DNA of 47,072 nt from Candidatus Methanomethylophilaceae archaeon (GTDB lineage: Archaea; Thermoplasmatota; Thermoplasmata; Methanomassiliicoccales; Methanomethylophilaceae). The translations under genes and the position numbers were made by a program. Below the pieces are notes generated by a model. The model worked only from the letters and a program-made list of their open reading frames with translations, did no database searches and was not told the DNA's origin. Positions 18,741 to 27,602 of the stretch are shown here, in pieces. Each line of letters starts with the position of its first letter. The first letter of the stretch is position 1. The stretch covers positions 1-47,072 of the forward strand of contig JAQUUA010000001.1 in assembly GCA_028694055.1 (NCBI GenBank). The letters run 5' to 3'.

Positions 18741-19394
18741 TCAATCCCTGTCCACGAAGATGAGGTCGGCGTAATCCCGGTCCAAGGCCACACGGCTGTC
18801 ACCGATACGGAGCACTAAGGGTCCTTTGAAGGGAAGGTCGTTCTCCAAAACTATCCGCCTACCGGGGACGAAACCCATGGAGATCAGCTTACGGATCTTT
18901 TCGGCATTCTCACAACGCAGGTGCGATATGACCGCGGCATCACCTTCATTCATGCTAGCCACGGTGTCCTGCGTCAAGCTGTGGTTCACGCAGATCCCGT
19001 CACAGGTATCGTCACATCCCGTGCACTCCTCCGGTTCACCGATGATGCGGCAGAGCTTCTGAGCGGCGCTATCTGAGAGGACATGCTCCAGTTTGCAGGC
19101 CTCTTCGTGAGCGGTCTCGGCATCGGTGTCCAGGATGTTGACCAGGAAACGTTCCATCAGCCGGTGCTTGCGCCTTATCTGTTTGGCATGCCGCTGTCCG
19201 GCCCGGGTGAGTCGGACACCGCGGTACTTCTCATAGTCCACCAGGTTCTCCTCCGCCAGCCGACGCATCATCTCCGTGACGCTGGCCGGAGATACCTTCA
19301 TGAACTGGGCGATGTCATTTGTTTTGGCAACGCCCCCTCCCTGGGTGAGCTTGTGAATGCAGATGAGATAATCCTCGCGGCTACCGGTGACCAT
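18741..19394 (-). CDS. DtxR-family iron-dependent repressor fused to a FeoA/SH3-like domain
   Basis: wHTH segment REDYLICIHKL...TNDIAQFMKVSPASVTEMMRRL. DtxR metal-site pattern HRLMERFL and AHEEACKLEH. C-terminal FeoA-like segment GDAAVISHL...LISMGFVPGRRI. Cys-rich linker EPEECTGCDDTCDGIC. Confidence 0.8.
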   Translation of the reverse strand: MVTGSREDYLICIHKLTQGGGVAKTNDIAQFMKVSPASVTEMMRRLAEENLVDYEKYRGVRLTRAGQRHAKQIRRKHRLMERFLVNILDTDAETAHEEACKLEHVLSDSAAQKLCRIIGEPEECTGCDDTCDGICVNHSLTQDTVASMNEGDAAVISHLRCENAEKIRKLISMGFVPGRRIVLENDLPFKGPLVLRIGDSRVALDRDYADLIFVDRD

Positions 19395-19410
19395 CACGTT
19401 TCGTTATGCC

Positions 19411-19425
19411 TAAAATATATATAAT
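19411..19425 (-). promoter_or_regulatory. TATA-box upstream of the DtxR-family repressor gene
   Basis: The AT-only run TAAAATATATATAAT is centred about 24 nt upstream of ATG 19394. Confidence 0.45.
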
Positions 19426-19447
19426 CGTTGCCAGAAGGAGGTTCAGG

Positions 19448-20476
19448 TCAGAGGTCCCGGAAGGGGACCAGGTCACAACAGGTGCAGGCGAAGCACATGG
19501 TGCGGTAGGACCGGGGATCCAGGCCATAATCTTGCAGAATGCGTTTGTGTTCCCGCGCCAAGCGGGTCATCCTCTCCACGCTGGGAGGCTCCATCTTCCC
19601 CAAAGCGGATTCCAAGTAAGGGCGATTGGTCTCATTGAGGGTCAACATCCGCAATCCAGCAGCCACGCCCATCGATGCCAACCTCTCCACCGTCTGCAGC
19701 AGTGATTGGTCGGTCTCTCCCATGCCGTAGATGATGTTGGACGCCACCTTCCCTGGTCCGAATACATCAACGGCATCCTCCAGCATCCTCCATATGAGAC
19801 CATGGTCCAGATCTGGGCACACGATGCGGAAGATCTCTGGGTCAGGGGACTCCAGGTTGATCTTGATCTCATCGGCCCCAGCCTGGTGCAGGAGCTCGAT
19901 CTGCTCTCGGACCTGGACATAAGGCTCCACGCCTATGATCATATCCGGGATCTCCTGACGAACGTGACGGACGCAATCGGCCATCCTCTCCACGGTCTCC
20001 TGGACCGACCCATACACCCCGGAGGTGACGGACAGCGAGAGGACCGGCATGCTGAGCATGGCCTCCTTGGTCATCTGCACGATCTTCTCCTTGGTCAGAC
20101 CTTTGGTGGCGTTGACATCCAAAAGGGGAGAGTTGCAGTACAGGCAATGATACATGCATCTTTGGTCCAGATTGAAGAAGGCCTGCTCGGGGGAGTGGAA
20201 CACCACCGGTCCGATTTCCACCTCATCCAAGAAAGGCAAACCGTGTCGGTGCAATATGTAGCCGTCATCGCCCACGATGAGCTGGAACTCCGCCTCCTCC
20301 TGCACGATGGCCTTCTTCACCCTCAGCCCATGGAACATGAACACGATGGACCTCTTCCCTGCCCCCGGACCTGCCGTGGACCTCGAGATTCGGAAGGGCA
20401 CCTGGAAACCGGGAGGCAGCTGCACCGCCCCTCCTCGCAGGAGAATGGCCTTCTTCTCGGTCAGACCCTCTTCCAT
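19448..20476 (-). CDS. Radical SAM protein, function unknown
   Basis: CxxxCxxC motif in RCMYHCLYCNSP, TIM-barrel-like core (IGVEPY, EIKINLES) and C-terminal cysteine cluster CFACTCCD. The start overlaps the cysS stop by 16 nt. Confidence 0.7.
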   Translation of the reverse strand: MEEGLTEKKAILLRGGAVQLPPGFQVPFRISRSTAGPGAGKRSIVFMFHGLRVKKAIVQEEAEFQLIVGDDGYILHRHGLPFLDEVEIGPVVFHSPEQAFFNLDQRCMYHCLYCNSPLLDVNATKGLTKEKIVQMTKEAMLSMPVLSLSVTSGVYGSVQETVERMADCVRHVRQEIPDMIIGVEPYVQVREQIELLHQAGADEIKINLESPDPEIFRIVCPDLDHGLIWRMLEDAVDVFGPGKVASNIIYGMGETDQSLLQTVERLASMGVAAGLRMLTLNETNRPYLESALGKMEPPSVERMTRLAREHKRILQDYGLDPRSYRTMCFACTCCDLVPFRDL

Positions 20477-21855
20477 TTCGCCCCCTTGCCGGAATCCTCC
20501 AGCTGGAAGCCCGCATCCTTCAAGCGGTCCCTTATGAGGTCGGCGGCCTGGTATTGCTTACCCCGTCGCAACTCCTCCCTGATGCCGATGATGACCTCCA
20601 TCAGGATATCCACATCGTCAGATCCCTTGTCATCCGGAAGGATGGCCAATACTTGGTCCAGCTCCTCCAGGAGGGAGATTGCAGCAGCTGCGCCTTCGGC
20701 AGATAACCTGGATTCCGCCATGGCGGAATTGGTCTCCCGCACCATCTGGAATATAGCGGATAAGGCGCCACGGCTGTTGAAATCATCGTCCATCTGCTCC
20801 GTGAAGTCCTGCCGACAACGCTCCAGAACCTCGGACATATGCTCTCCACCAGTGGCTTGACGGGAATAGGCTTGCAGCTCCCGATAATTGTTCCAAAGCC
20901 TCTTCAGACTGGATTCCGCCTCCTGCAGTGCCTCCTCGCTGTAACCCAAGGGGCCACGGTAGTGAGTGTTGAGCATGTAGAACCGCAGGGTCTGTCGACT
21001 GTGCTTCTCCAGTACGTCCCGTACCCGGAAGAAGTTCCCGAGGGACTTGCTCATCTTCTCATCCTTGAACTGCACCATGCCGTTGTGCATCCAATAACGA
21101 GCCAGACTGGTTCCTACCGCCGCCTCTGTCTGCAATATCTCGTTCTCATGATGAGGGAATATGAGGTCGTTGCCTCCTCCGTGTATGTCTATGAGGTCTC
21201 CCAGATGCTCCCGGATCATGGCCGAGCATTCGATGTGCCATCCCGGCCGGCCTACGCCCCATGGGGACTCCCAAGCTATCTCTCCCGGCTTGGCGGCCTT
21301 CCAGACCGCGAAATCCATGGGGTTCCGCTTCTGCTCATCCAAAGTCACACGGCCAGATGACACCATGTCCTCCAGTTTCTGTTTGGTGAGCCGACCGTAG
21401 TCTTGGATCCGGTCCACGGAGAAGTAGACGCTGCCGTCCGGGGTGCTGTACCCATACCCGCGTTCGATGATCTGCTCGACCATCTTCACTATGCTGTCCA
21501 TGCTCTCGGAGGCCTTGGGGTAGATATCGGCCCTCCTGACTCCCAGTGCATCCACCTCATGGAAGTACCTCTGGATGTATCGGGCGGAGAGTTCCAGGGG
21601 TGGGACCCCTTCCTCGTTGGCACGGTTGATGATCTTGTCGTCCACATCGGTGAAGTTGGTGACATGGGTGACCTTGAAGCCCCGGTAGCGGAGGTAACGT
21701 GCCACCATGTCGAATACGATGATGCTGCGAGCATGCCCGATATGGATGTCGTCATAGACCGTCACGCCGCAGACATACATCATCACCTCCCCCTCCTTAA
21801 GGGGGATGAAGTCCTCTTTCTGGTTCGACAGGGAGTTGTACACCTTGATAGCCAC
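20461..21855 (-). CDS. cysS: Cysteinyl-tRNA synthetase
   Basis: MYVCGVTVYDDIHIGHARS (HIGH motif), KMSKSLGN (KMSKS motif) and GWHIECSAM. Confidence 0.92.
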   Translation of the reverse strand: MAIKVYNSLSNQKEDFIPLKEGEVMMYVCGVTVYDDIHIGHARSIIVFDMVARYLRYRGFKVTHVTNFTDVDDKIINRANEEGVPPLELSARYIQRYFHEVDALGVRRADIYPKASESMDSIVKMVEQIIERGYGYSTPDGSVYFSVDRIQDYGRLTKQKLEDMVSSGRVTLDEQKRNPMDFAVWKAAKPGEIAWESPWGVGRPGWHIECSAMIREHLGDLIDIHGGGNDLIFPHHENEILQTEAAVGTSLARYWMHNGMVQFKDEKMSKSLGNFFRVRDVLEKHSRQTLRFYMLNTHYRGPLGYSEEALQEAESSLKRLWNNYRELQAYSRQATGGEHMSEVLERCRQDFTEQMDDDFNSRGALSAIFQMVRETNSAMAESRLSAEGAAAAISLLEELDQVLAILPDDKGSDDVDILMEVIIGIREELRRGKQYQAADLIRDRLKDAGFQLEDSGKGAKWKRV

Positions 21856-21885
21856 TTCAGATCCTCCTACCTAGGCAAGCGAAAT

Positions 21886-22539
21886 TCATATTTCATCCTT
21901 CCCCGCAAGTGCGCCCTCCAGTTGAACCACCCTCTCCCGCAGACGGGAAATCTCCTCTTCCATGTTGCACAGGGCATCCTTGAGAGGGTCAGGCAGGTCA
22001 TCGTGGCAGAGGTCACGGTCGGTACGGATGCCTCCCATCTTGATGACCTTTCCCGGTATGCCTACGACCGTGGACTCCGGTGGGACGTCCTTCAGCACCA
22101 CCGAGCCCGCTCCCACCCGGGTGTTGCGGCCTATGCGGATGTTGCCGAGGATGGTGGCATCGGCGCCGATGACCACGTGGTCCTCGATAGTGGGATGGCG
22201 TTTCCCTTTCACGGAAGAGACACCGCCCAACGTCACCCCTTGGAATATGGATACATGGTCGCCGATGACGGTGGTCTCCCCTATGACGACGCCTGTGGCA
22301 TGGTCTATGAAGAAATCCTCCCCGATCTCAGCACCCGGATGGATGTCTGCACCGGTGAGGACGTGGGCCAGATAGTTCAGGAAACGGGAACGCTTGATCT
22401 TCCCTTTGCCCCATAGCTCATGGCTGAGCCTGAACAGCGTCACAGCATGCAGGCCGGGATGGAACCAGATGGCGTCTGAACGGTTCTTTATGGCGGGATC
22501 CCGGTTCAGGACCGCCTGCAGGTCACTCTCTCGTATCAT
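21886..22539 (-). CDS. cysE: Serine O-acetyltransferase
   Basis: N-terminal helical domain DPAIKNRSDAIWFHPGLHAV and hexapeptide repeats GADIHPGAEIG...IDHATGVVIGETTVIGD. Confidence 0.88.
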   Translation of the reverse strand: MIRESDLQAVLNRDPAIKNRSDAIWFHPGLHAVTLFRLSHELWGKGKIKRSRFLNYLAHVLTGADIHPGAEIGEDFFIDHATGVVIGETTVIGDHVSIFQGVTLGGVSSVKGKRHPTIEDHVVIGADATILGNIRIGRNTRVGAGSVVLKDVPPESTVVGIPGKVIKMGGIRTDRDLCHDDLPDPLKDALCNMEEEISRLRERVVQLEGALAGKDEI

Positions 22540-23468
22540 ACGCCCTCCTCCTTGAACAACGGGGTGCTCAGATACCTCTCGCCGCTGTCTGGTAGCACCA
22601 CCAGCACCTGTTCCCCCGGATTCATGCGCGAAGCCACTGCGAGGGCCCCTTTCAAGGCTGCACCGGAGGATATGCCAGCCAGGATGCCTTCCTCTCTCGC
22701 CAAGCGGCGGGTGGTCTGCAGGGCGTCCTCATAGCTGATTGTCAACACCTCATCCAGAACCCTGCGGTCCAAGTTCGGCGGTATGAAATTTGCGCCTATC
22801 CCCTCGATACGGTGTGATGCGGCCTTTCCTTCACTGATGAGAGGGCTCTCGGCCGGCTCCACTCCGATTATCCGCACATCTGACTTGAAATTCTGCATGG
22901 CTCTGCCTATCCCGGTGATGGTCCCACCCGTTCCTATACCGCATACCACTGCCCGTACCCCCGGGAGGTCACGGAGTATCTCCCGGGCCGTGCCCACATA
23001 ATGAGCCATGGGATTGGAGGGATTGCGGAACTGCTGAGGCATGTAGTACCCGTCCTTTCCGGCCAACCTCTCCGCTTCCGCCACAGCCCCGGTCATGCCT
23101 TCGGATGCCGGGGTGAGGACCAATTCCGCCCCGTAAGCCTTCAATAAAGTTCGCCTCTCGACGCTCATGCTCTCTGGCATCACCAAGACGGCCCTGTACC
23201 CTTTCACCGCCGCCACCATGGCCAATCCGATGCCGGTGTTCCCGGACGTCGGCTCCACCAAGGAGTCGCCTGGCTGGATGATTCCACGGGATTCGGCATC
23301 CTCCACCATGGAAAGGGCCACCCTATCCTTGATGGAACCGCCAGGATTGCGGGACTCCATTTTCACGAAAATCTCCGCTGGGAGGCCTTCGCCCATTCGG
23401 TTCAACCTGATGATGGGAGTCTCCCCGATAGTCTTCAGGACGTCGGTATGGATCATGGGTACCGCCAT
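22536..23468 (-). CDS. cysK: Cysteine synthase (O-acetylserine sulfhydrylase)
   Basis: PLP-lysine region NPGGSIKDR, TSGNTGIGLA and GIGTGGTITG. It overlaps the cysE start by 4 nt. Confidence 0.9.
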   Translation of the reverse strand: MAVPMIHTDVLKTIGETPIIRLNRMGEGLPAEIFVKMESRNPGGSIKDRVALSMVEDAESRGIIQPGDSLVEPTSGNTGIGLAMVAAVKGYRAVLVMPESMSVERRTLLKAYGAELVLTPASEGMTGAVAEAERLAGKDGYYMPQQFRNPSNPMAHYVGTAREILRDLPGVRAVVCGIGTGGTITGIGRAMQNFKSDVRIIGVEPAESPLISEGKAASHRIEGIGANFIPPNLDRRVLDEVLTISYEDALQTTRRLAREEGILAGISSGAALKGALAVASRMNPGEQVLVVLPDSGERYLSTPLFKEEGV

Positions 23469-23532
23469 GTCATGGATAAGTCCTGCCTTTAAGGTTTCTA
23501 AGAAGAGTAAAAGTGAGAGGGGGTTGCCCCCC

Positions 23533-24081
23533 TCAGTTCATTAGGCCTGCGGCACGGAGCTCGGCAGCGATCTTGTCCACGGCGCGCACCACGTCCGGCG
23601 GGACCTTGGCGCCAGTGCAGACCATCTTCCCGGAACCGAATAGCAGGACCACTACCTTGGGGTCATCCAAGCGATAGACCAGTCCGGGGAACTGCTCGGG
23701 CTCGTACTCCACCTTCTCCAGGCCCAGGGTGATGGCCACGGTGTTCAGGTTGATCTCCTGCTCCAGATCGGAGGAGGCCACGATGTTCTGCACCTCGATA
23801 TTGGGCTCGATGGTGATGAATATCCCTGCCTTCTCGATGTCTTTGGCCACCTTGCCGATGGCCACCTTGACATCATCAAGGCTCTTGGCCCCAGTGCAGA
23901 CCACTTTTCCGCTGCGGAACAACAATGTCGCAGTCTTGGGGTCTTTCAGCCGGTAAACCAATCCAGGGAACTGCTGGGGGTTGTACTCCGCCCCGTCCAG
24001 GGCCAGTTCGATAGCGGTGAGGTCTAGTTCCTGACCCAAAGAGGTCGAAGCCACAACGTTCTCAATTTTCATCTTAGCCAT
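23533..24081 (-). CDS. tbp: TATA-box binding protein
   Basis: Two direct TBP repeats: IENVVASTSLGQELDL...FPGLVYRL and VQNIVASSDLEQEINL...FPGLVYRL. I chose the start at ATG 24081 (MAKMKIENVV), since the upstream extension to 24132 covers the likely promoter. Confidence 0.9.
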   Translation of the reverse strand: MAKMKIENVVASTSLGQELDLTAIELALDGAEYNPQQFPGLVYRLKDPKTATLLFRSGKVVCTGAKSLDDVKVAIGKVAKDIEKAGIFITIEPNIEVQNIVASSDLEQEINLNTVAITLGLEKVEYEPEQFPGLVYRLDDPKVVVLLFGSGKMVCTGAKVPPDVVRAVDKIAAELRAAGLMN

Positions 24082-24100
24082 CAATTCACCTTTTCCGGTG

Positions 24101-24120
24101 TATTTATAAAGGTATTTAAA
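24101..24120 (-). promoter_or_regulatory. TATA-box region upstream of tbp
   Basis: The minus strand reads TTTAAATACCTTTATAAATA. The proximal TATA is centred about 24 nt upstream of the ATG at 24081. Confidence 0.5.
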
Positions 24121-24160
24121 AAGCTTTTCCAACCTGGAACATGGTTGGGAACGATGATGA

Positions 24161-25414
24161 TCACCTAGCCAAGGAATTCAATACCCGGTCCAGGAGCCTC
24201 ATGGTCCCCTCCAACCCAAGCACGGGCTCCGGGCGTAGCTGGACGCTCCGCAGCCCAGGATAAATTATGTCCAAACCATTGTCGGTCAACCCTTTTGCCA
24301 TCAAGGCCGCGATGGTGTTGCCGTCTGCCAACGCGATATCCACCGGGGATTCCATCAGGTCATCGTCCAATCCCGTCAACCCATGCCGCGACAGATAGGA
24401 ATCGATGGGTCCACGGTCACCGCTGCATACCTTGACTGCCACGGGCACCATTCCCAGATAGGAATGCAGGGCCTCTATCACGGGCAGGGCCAACGAGGCG
24501 TGTGCGGACACGGAGAAGGTCCGGCCTTTGGGTAGCCCCGTTGCAGCATTCAGGCGGGATATCTCCCGATAAGCCAGACGTCGACGGCTCTTAATCTCGC
24601 CCATTGCTGGACCAGGATCGGCATCCAGCTGCGCACATATGCCAGCCACCCAATCCTCCAGGGCATCGAAACCCAGAGGACAGCGGTCGAAGTCGACGTG
24701 TGGAACCCCCAGCTCCTCCTCGTACCAACGGCATATCCGGGAGCAGAAGTCCTTGTCCACAACGACGTTCAGGCTGGATGATGCGGATTCCCTGATTTCG
24801 GATGCCGTCCATCCGGCGCCGATGGCGATGCACAGCTCCAGACCGCATAGATGCAATAGATGGCGCAGGTCCTGCAGGCTGTCCTCCCAGCCCAGATGCC
24901 ATATCGATAAACCGAGCAGGTTCACCTGGCCTATCTTTCTCTCCTTAGGCTGCAGATCCATAGCCTCCAGAATCGCCAGAACCCCTCTTTGATATCCTTC
25001 GCTGATGCTCTCGGAGTATCCGGGGCTCTCCATCCTGGCCACCGGTATGTCTTGGGAATCCACCCGCAGGCCCTCACCGATCAAAGAGGCCCCAGGAGAG
25101 TTCACCACGCCGATGAAGTCCGGCCGTCTTTCCTCCACGGCTCGGAATATTCTATGCAACTTGCCCTCTGCACCCATGATGTAATCGTGGGAGTCCATAT
25201 AGGTGCATGGTATGCGGGGCTGACCGAAGTAGAACTCCGTTACATGTTGCAGAGGATTGAATGAGATCTCCCTCTGGAACATGGAATCGGACAAGGATGC
25301 CGGATAGTACTTACATCCCGTAGGGCCATTCAAGATGGTCACGGAGTTCCGCACACCCTCCAAAGCAAACAGGGCTCCCAGCAACCCATCTGGCATCTGA
25401 TGTTCAGAAGGCAT
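24161..25414 (-). CDS. Nitrogenase component 1-type oxidoreductase, NifK/NifN/BchB-like subunit
   Basis: LEGVRNSVTILNGPTGCKYY, IPCTYMDSHDYIMGAEGKL and FIGVVNSPGASLIGEG, where the Cys normally in this context is absent. It overlaps the upstream fusion gene by 11 nt. Confidence 0.7.
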   Translation of the reverse strand: MPSEHQMPDGLLGALFALEGVRNSVTILNGPTGCKYYPASLSDSMFQREISFNPLQHVTEFYFGQPRIPCTYMDSHDYIMGAEGKLHRIFRAVEERRPDFIGVVNSPGASLIGEGLRVDSQDIPVARMESPGYSESISEGYQRGVLAILEAMDLQPKERKIGQVNLLGLSIWHLGWEDSLQDLRHLLHLCGLELCIAIGAGWTASEIRESASSSLNVVVDKDFCSRICRWYEEELGVPHVDFDRCPLGFDALEDWVAGICAQLDADPGPAMGEIKSRRRLAYREISRLNAATGLPKGRTFSVSAHASLALPVIEALHSYLGMVPVAVKVCSGDRGPIDSYLSRHGLTGLDDDLMESPVDIALADGNTIAALMAKGLTDNGLDIIYPGLRSVQLRPEPVLGLEGTMRLLDRVLNSLAR

Positions 25415-27602
25415 CTTTCCTCCATCCCTCTTCCACGGGAGCCCGTAAGGACAATGCCCACTCCTCGGCCATGTTCAACGCCCCCAGATGACCGAGGTCC
25501 GGTACCAATGGTACCTTGAACTGATGGATCGGGAGGTCCAGCTGCGTGAGGTAAGTGGTGAGCAGAAGCTGAGGTGAATGCTTACGGACATCCTGTTTGA
25601 CCTCTGCCACGTCATAACTGGATTCGAATTCGATTATGTCCCGATGCTCGTTCACCACATCATAATCCATGGAGTGGTCCGCCCTCTCCAGCACTCTGAC
25701 CCTCTGGATCTCCACTTCTAGGTCTATCAACAAATCCACCAGCCAATCGATGTCCTTATGCATGCTCAGCACGTAGACAGAACGACCTTTGAGGTGGGGC
25801 TTCAAGGCCTCCAGCCGCTCCTGGTACTCCGACCTTATCCGGTCCATCGTGTCATCCAGCCTATCAGTAATGCCGGCCTGCTCTGCCAAGCATCGTAGCC
25901 ATCTTTCTGTCCCTCTCATTCCTGGCTGCACCGCCAATGGGCTGAATGTGGCTCCCTGTTCTTTCACCAGGTAGTCTTTTAACACCATGGCGAAACGGTC
26001 AGTGCTCATGAGCAAGGACAGAGGAGCCCTACGGAAGGCACGTATCTGTTCCAAAGAAGAATCACCGATGTAACGGCAGTTGACCTGCAATCCCAACATG
26101 GATATCAGCCGTGACACGGCCTCTATGTTGGCATGACAATTGCTGGCGATAGGCTTGATGCCCACAAGGTTGACCGCCTCTGGGGATTCTTCCACATCCT
26201 GTTCAATCAGGCAACGTGACAAGCCGATGCAGGCATCGATCACTCCCTGCATATGGTCCCCCTGCATGTTACCATCCTCGATTAGGGGGATGAACGTCAC
26301 GTCAGGATTGGCGAGACTCATCCTTTCCATGGTCTTGACGACATCATCCCCGATGATCCCGGCAGGACAGGAGGTAATGACCGCGATGTTCCTAGAACCC
26401 TCATTGATGCATTGCTCCATCTTGTCTTGCAGGGCTGATACCCCTCCGAATACCATGCAGGACTCCTGCATGGAAGTGCTATGAACGTCGGTGTCCAGGA
26501 AAGAACGGACCAAGGTGCCCTCACGCAGGAACGACCGCCTGACGCCGTTGGATGCCAGCTGATATGCGAGATGGGCACAACTGTCGGGACCATGCAATAT
26601 GGTTGTCAGGTCTTGCACGGACATGCATATGGCCGCTGCCCCTGAGAACGCACATCCATGCAGTATCTCGCCCTTGTCCACATTCCGGGAGGTGTAACGC
26701 AGGACGGCCTTCTTACCCTCATGGGCCAATTCAGGAGTATCAGCTGTTTTCACAGGACTCCTCACCGATGAGATGCCCAGAACCACTGATTCCAAGTCTT
26801 GCTCAGAAAGATGATGGGCGGTGTGCCTCCTTCCGGAAAGAACCTCGGAAGCCAGCCCGTGGAACACCTGGGACAATTCTCCCTCCGGTTTCAGTTCCAC
26901 CAGTGTGACACCTTCCTTCTCAGCGGCCAGGAACAAAGGGGAACGAGGAACGCTGGCAACCACCGGGACGCCGACAGCCTGGGAGAACCTCTCCACCCTT
27001 TCCTCTTCTTCCTGGTCCCCACGGCTGTTGAAGATGATGCCCCCGATACGGTGCGGGTCGTAGTTCGCCACTCCTCGGAGTATGTTGTTTGCAGCATACA
27101 GAGACATGAACTCGCCGGAGGTGACCACATAAACCGTGTCAGCGTACTCATCCCTCAGGGGGACGGCGAAACCGCCACACACCACATCCCCCAAGACGTC
27201 ATAGATGGTAATATCGTGCTCCAATCCCTCAATGCCCAATTCCTCCAGGAGGTCGAAGGCGGAGATGATGCCCCTGCCTGCACAACCCACCCCTGGCTCC
27301 GGACCACCCGCCTCGACACAATGGCATCCTTGGAAGCCTGTGCCCATAACATGGTCCAGCCTTCTCTCTTGAGGCGGTGTGTAGCGTAGATAATCGAGAA
27401 CTGTGATAGGTGGAGAACCGTTGGTCAGAAGCCGAGTGGAATCATGTTTGGGATCGCAACCGATCTGCAGGACCCTCTGGCCTCTGAGGGTAAGGGCAGC
27501 GGTGAGGTTGGAGGAGATTGTGGATTTACCGATGCCCCCTTTGCCATAGAGGGCAATCCTCCTTCGTCCATTTGATTGGATGGATATATCATCCATTGTC
27601 AT
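25404..27602 (-). CDS. Fusion protein: NifH/BchL/CfbC-like Fe-protein ATPase (N-terminal) plus NifD/NifE/BchN-like nitrogenase component 1 domain (C-terminal)
   Basis: N-terminal ~280 aa: GKGGIGKST, CDPKHDSTR, GPEPGVGCAGRGI, DVLGDVVCGGFA and SGEFMSLYAANNI. C-terminal ~430 aa: HGCAFSGAAA, ILHGPDSCAH, MVFGG and VITSCPAGIIGDD. It is one uninterrupted ORF. Possible starts are TTG 27605, ATG 27602 or ATG 27596. Confidence 0.8.
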   Translation of the reverse strand: MTMDDISIQSNGRRRIALYGKGGIGKSTISSNLTAALTLRGQRVLQIGCDPKHDSTRLLTNGSPPITVLDYLRYTPPQERRLDHVMGTGFQGCHCVEAGGPEPGVGCAGRGIISAFDLLEELGIEGLEHDITIYDVLGDVVCGGFAVPLRDEYADTVYVVTSGEFMSLYAANNILRGVANYDPHRIGGIIFNSRGDQEEEERVERFSQAVGVPVVASVPRSPLFLAAEKEGVTLVELKPEGELSQVFHGLASEVLSGRRHTAHHLSEQDLESVVLGISSVRSPVKTADTPELAHEGKKAVLRYTSRNVDKGEILHGCAFSGAAAICMSVQDLTTILHGPDSCAHLAYQLASNGVRRSFLREGTLVRSFLDTDVHSTSMQESCMVFGGVSALQDKMEQCINEGSRNIAVITSCPAGIIGDDVVKTMERMSLANPDVTFIPLIEDGNMQGDHMQGVIDACIGLSRCLIEQDVEESPEAVNLVGIKPIASNCHANIEAVSRLISMLGLQVNCRYIGDSSLEQIRAFRRAPLSLLMSTDRFAMVLKDYLVKEQGATFSPLAVQPGMRGTERWLRCLAEQAGITDRLDDTMDRIRSEYQERLEALKPHLKGRSVYVLSMHKDIDWLVDLLIDLEVEIQRVRVLERADHSMDYDVVNEHRDIIEFESSYDVAEVKQDVRKHSPQLLLTTYLTQLDLPIHQFKVPLVPDLGHLGALNMAEEWALSLRAPVEEGWRKDAF

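Noticed and set aside
19706-22416. Long plus-strand ORFs 19706..20860 (384 aa) and 21403..22416 (337 aa).
   Set aside because: They are antisense to the radical SAM, cysS and cysE genes, all of which carry clear motifs. No domain signatures are visible, so they are shadow ORFs of a GC-rich region. The same reasoning applies to 4051..4707, 15336..16148, 37770..38468, 45535..46017 and 45978..46448.
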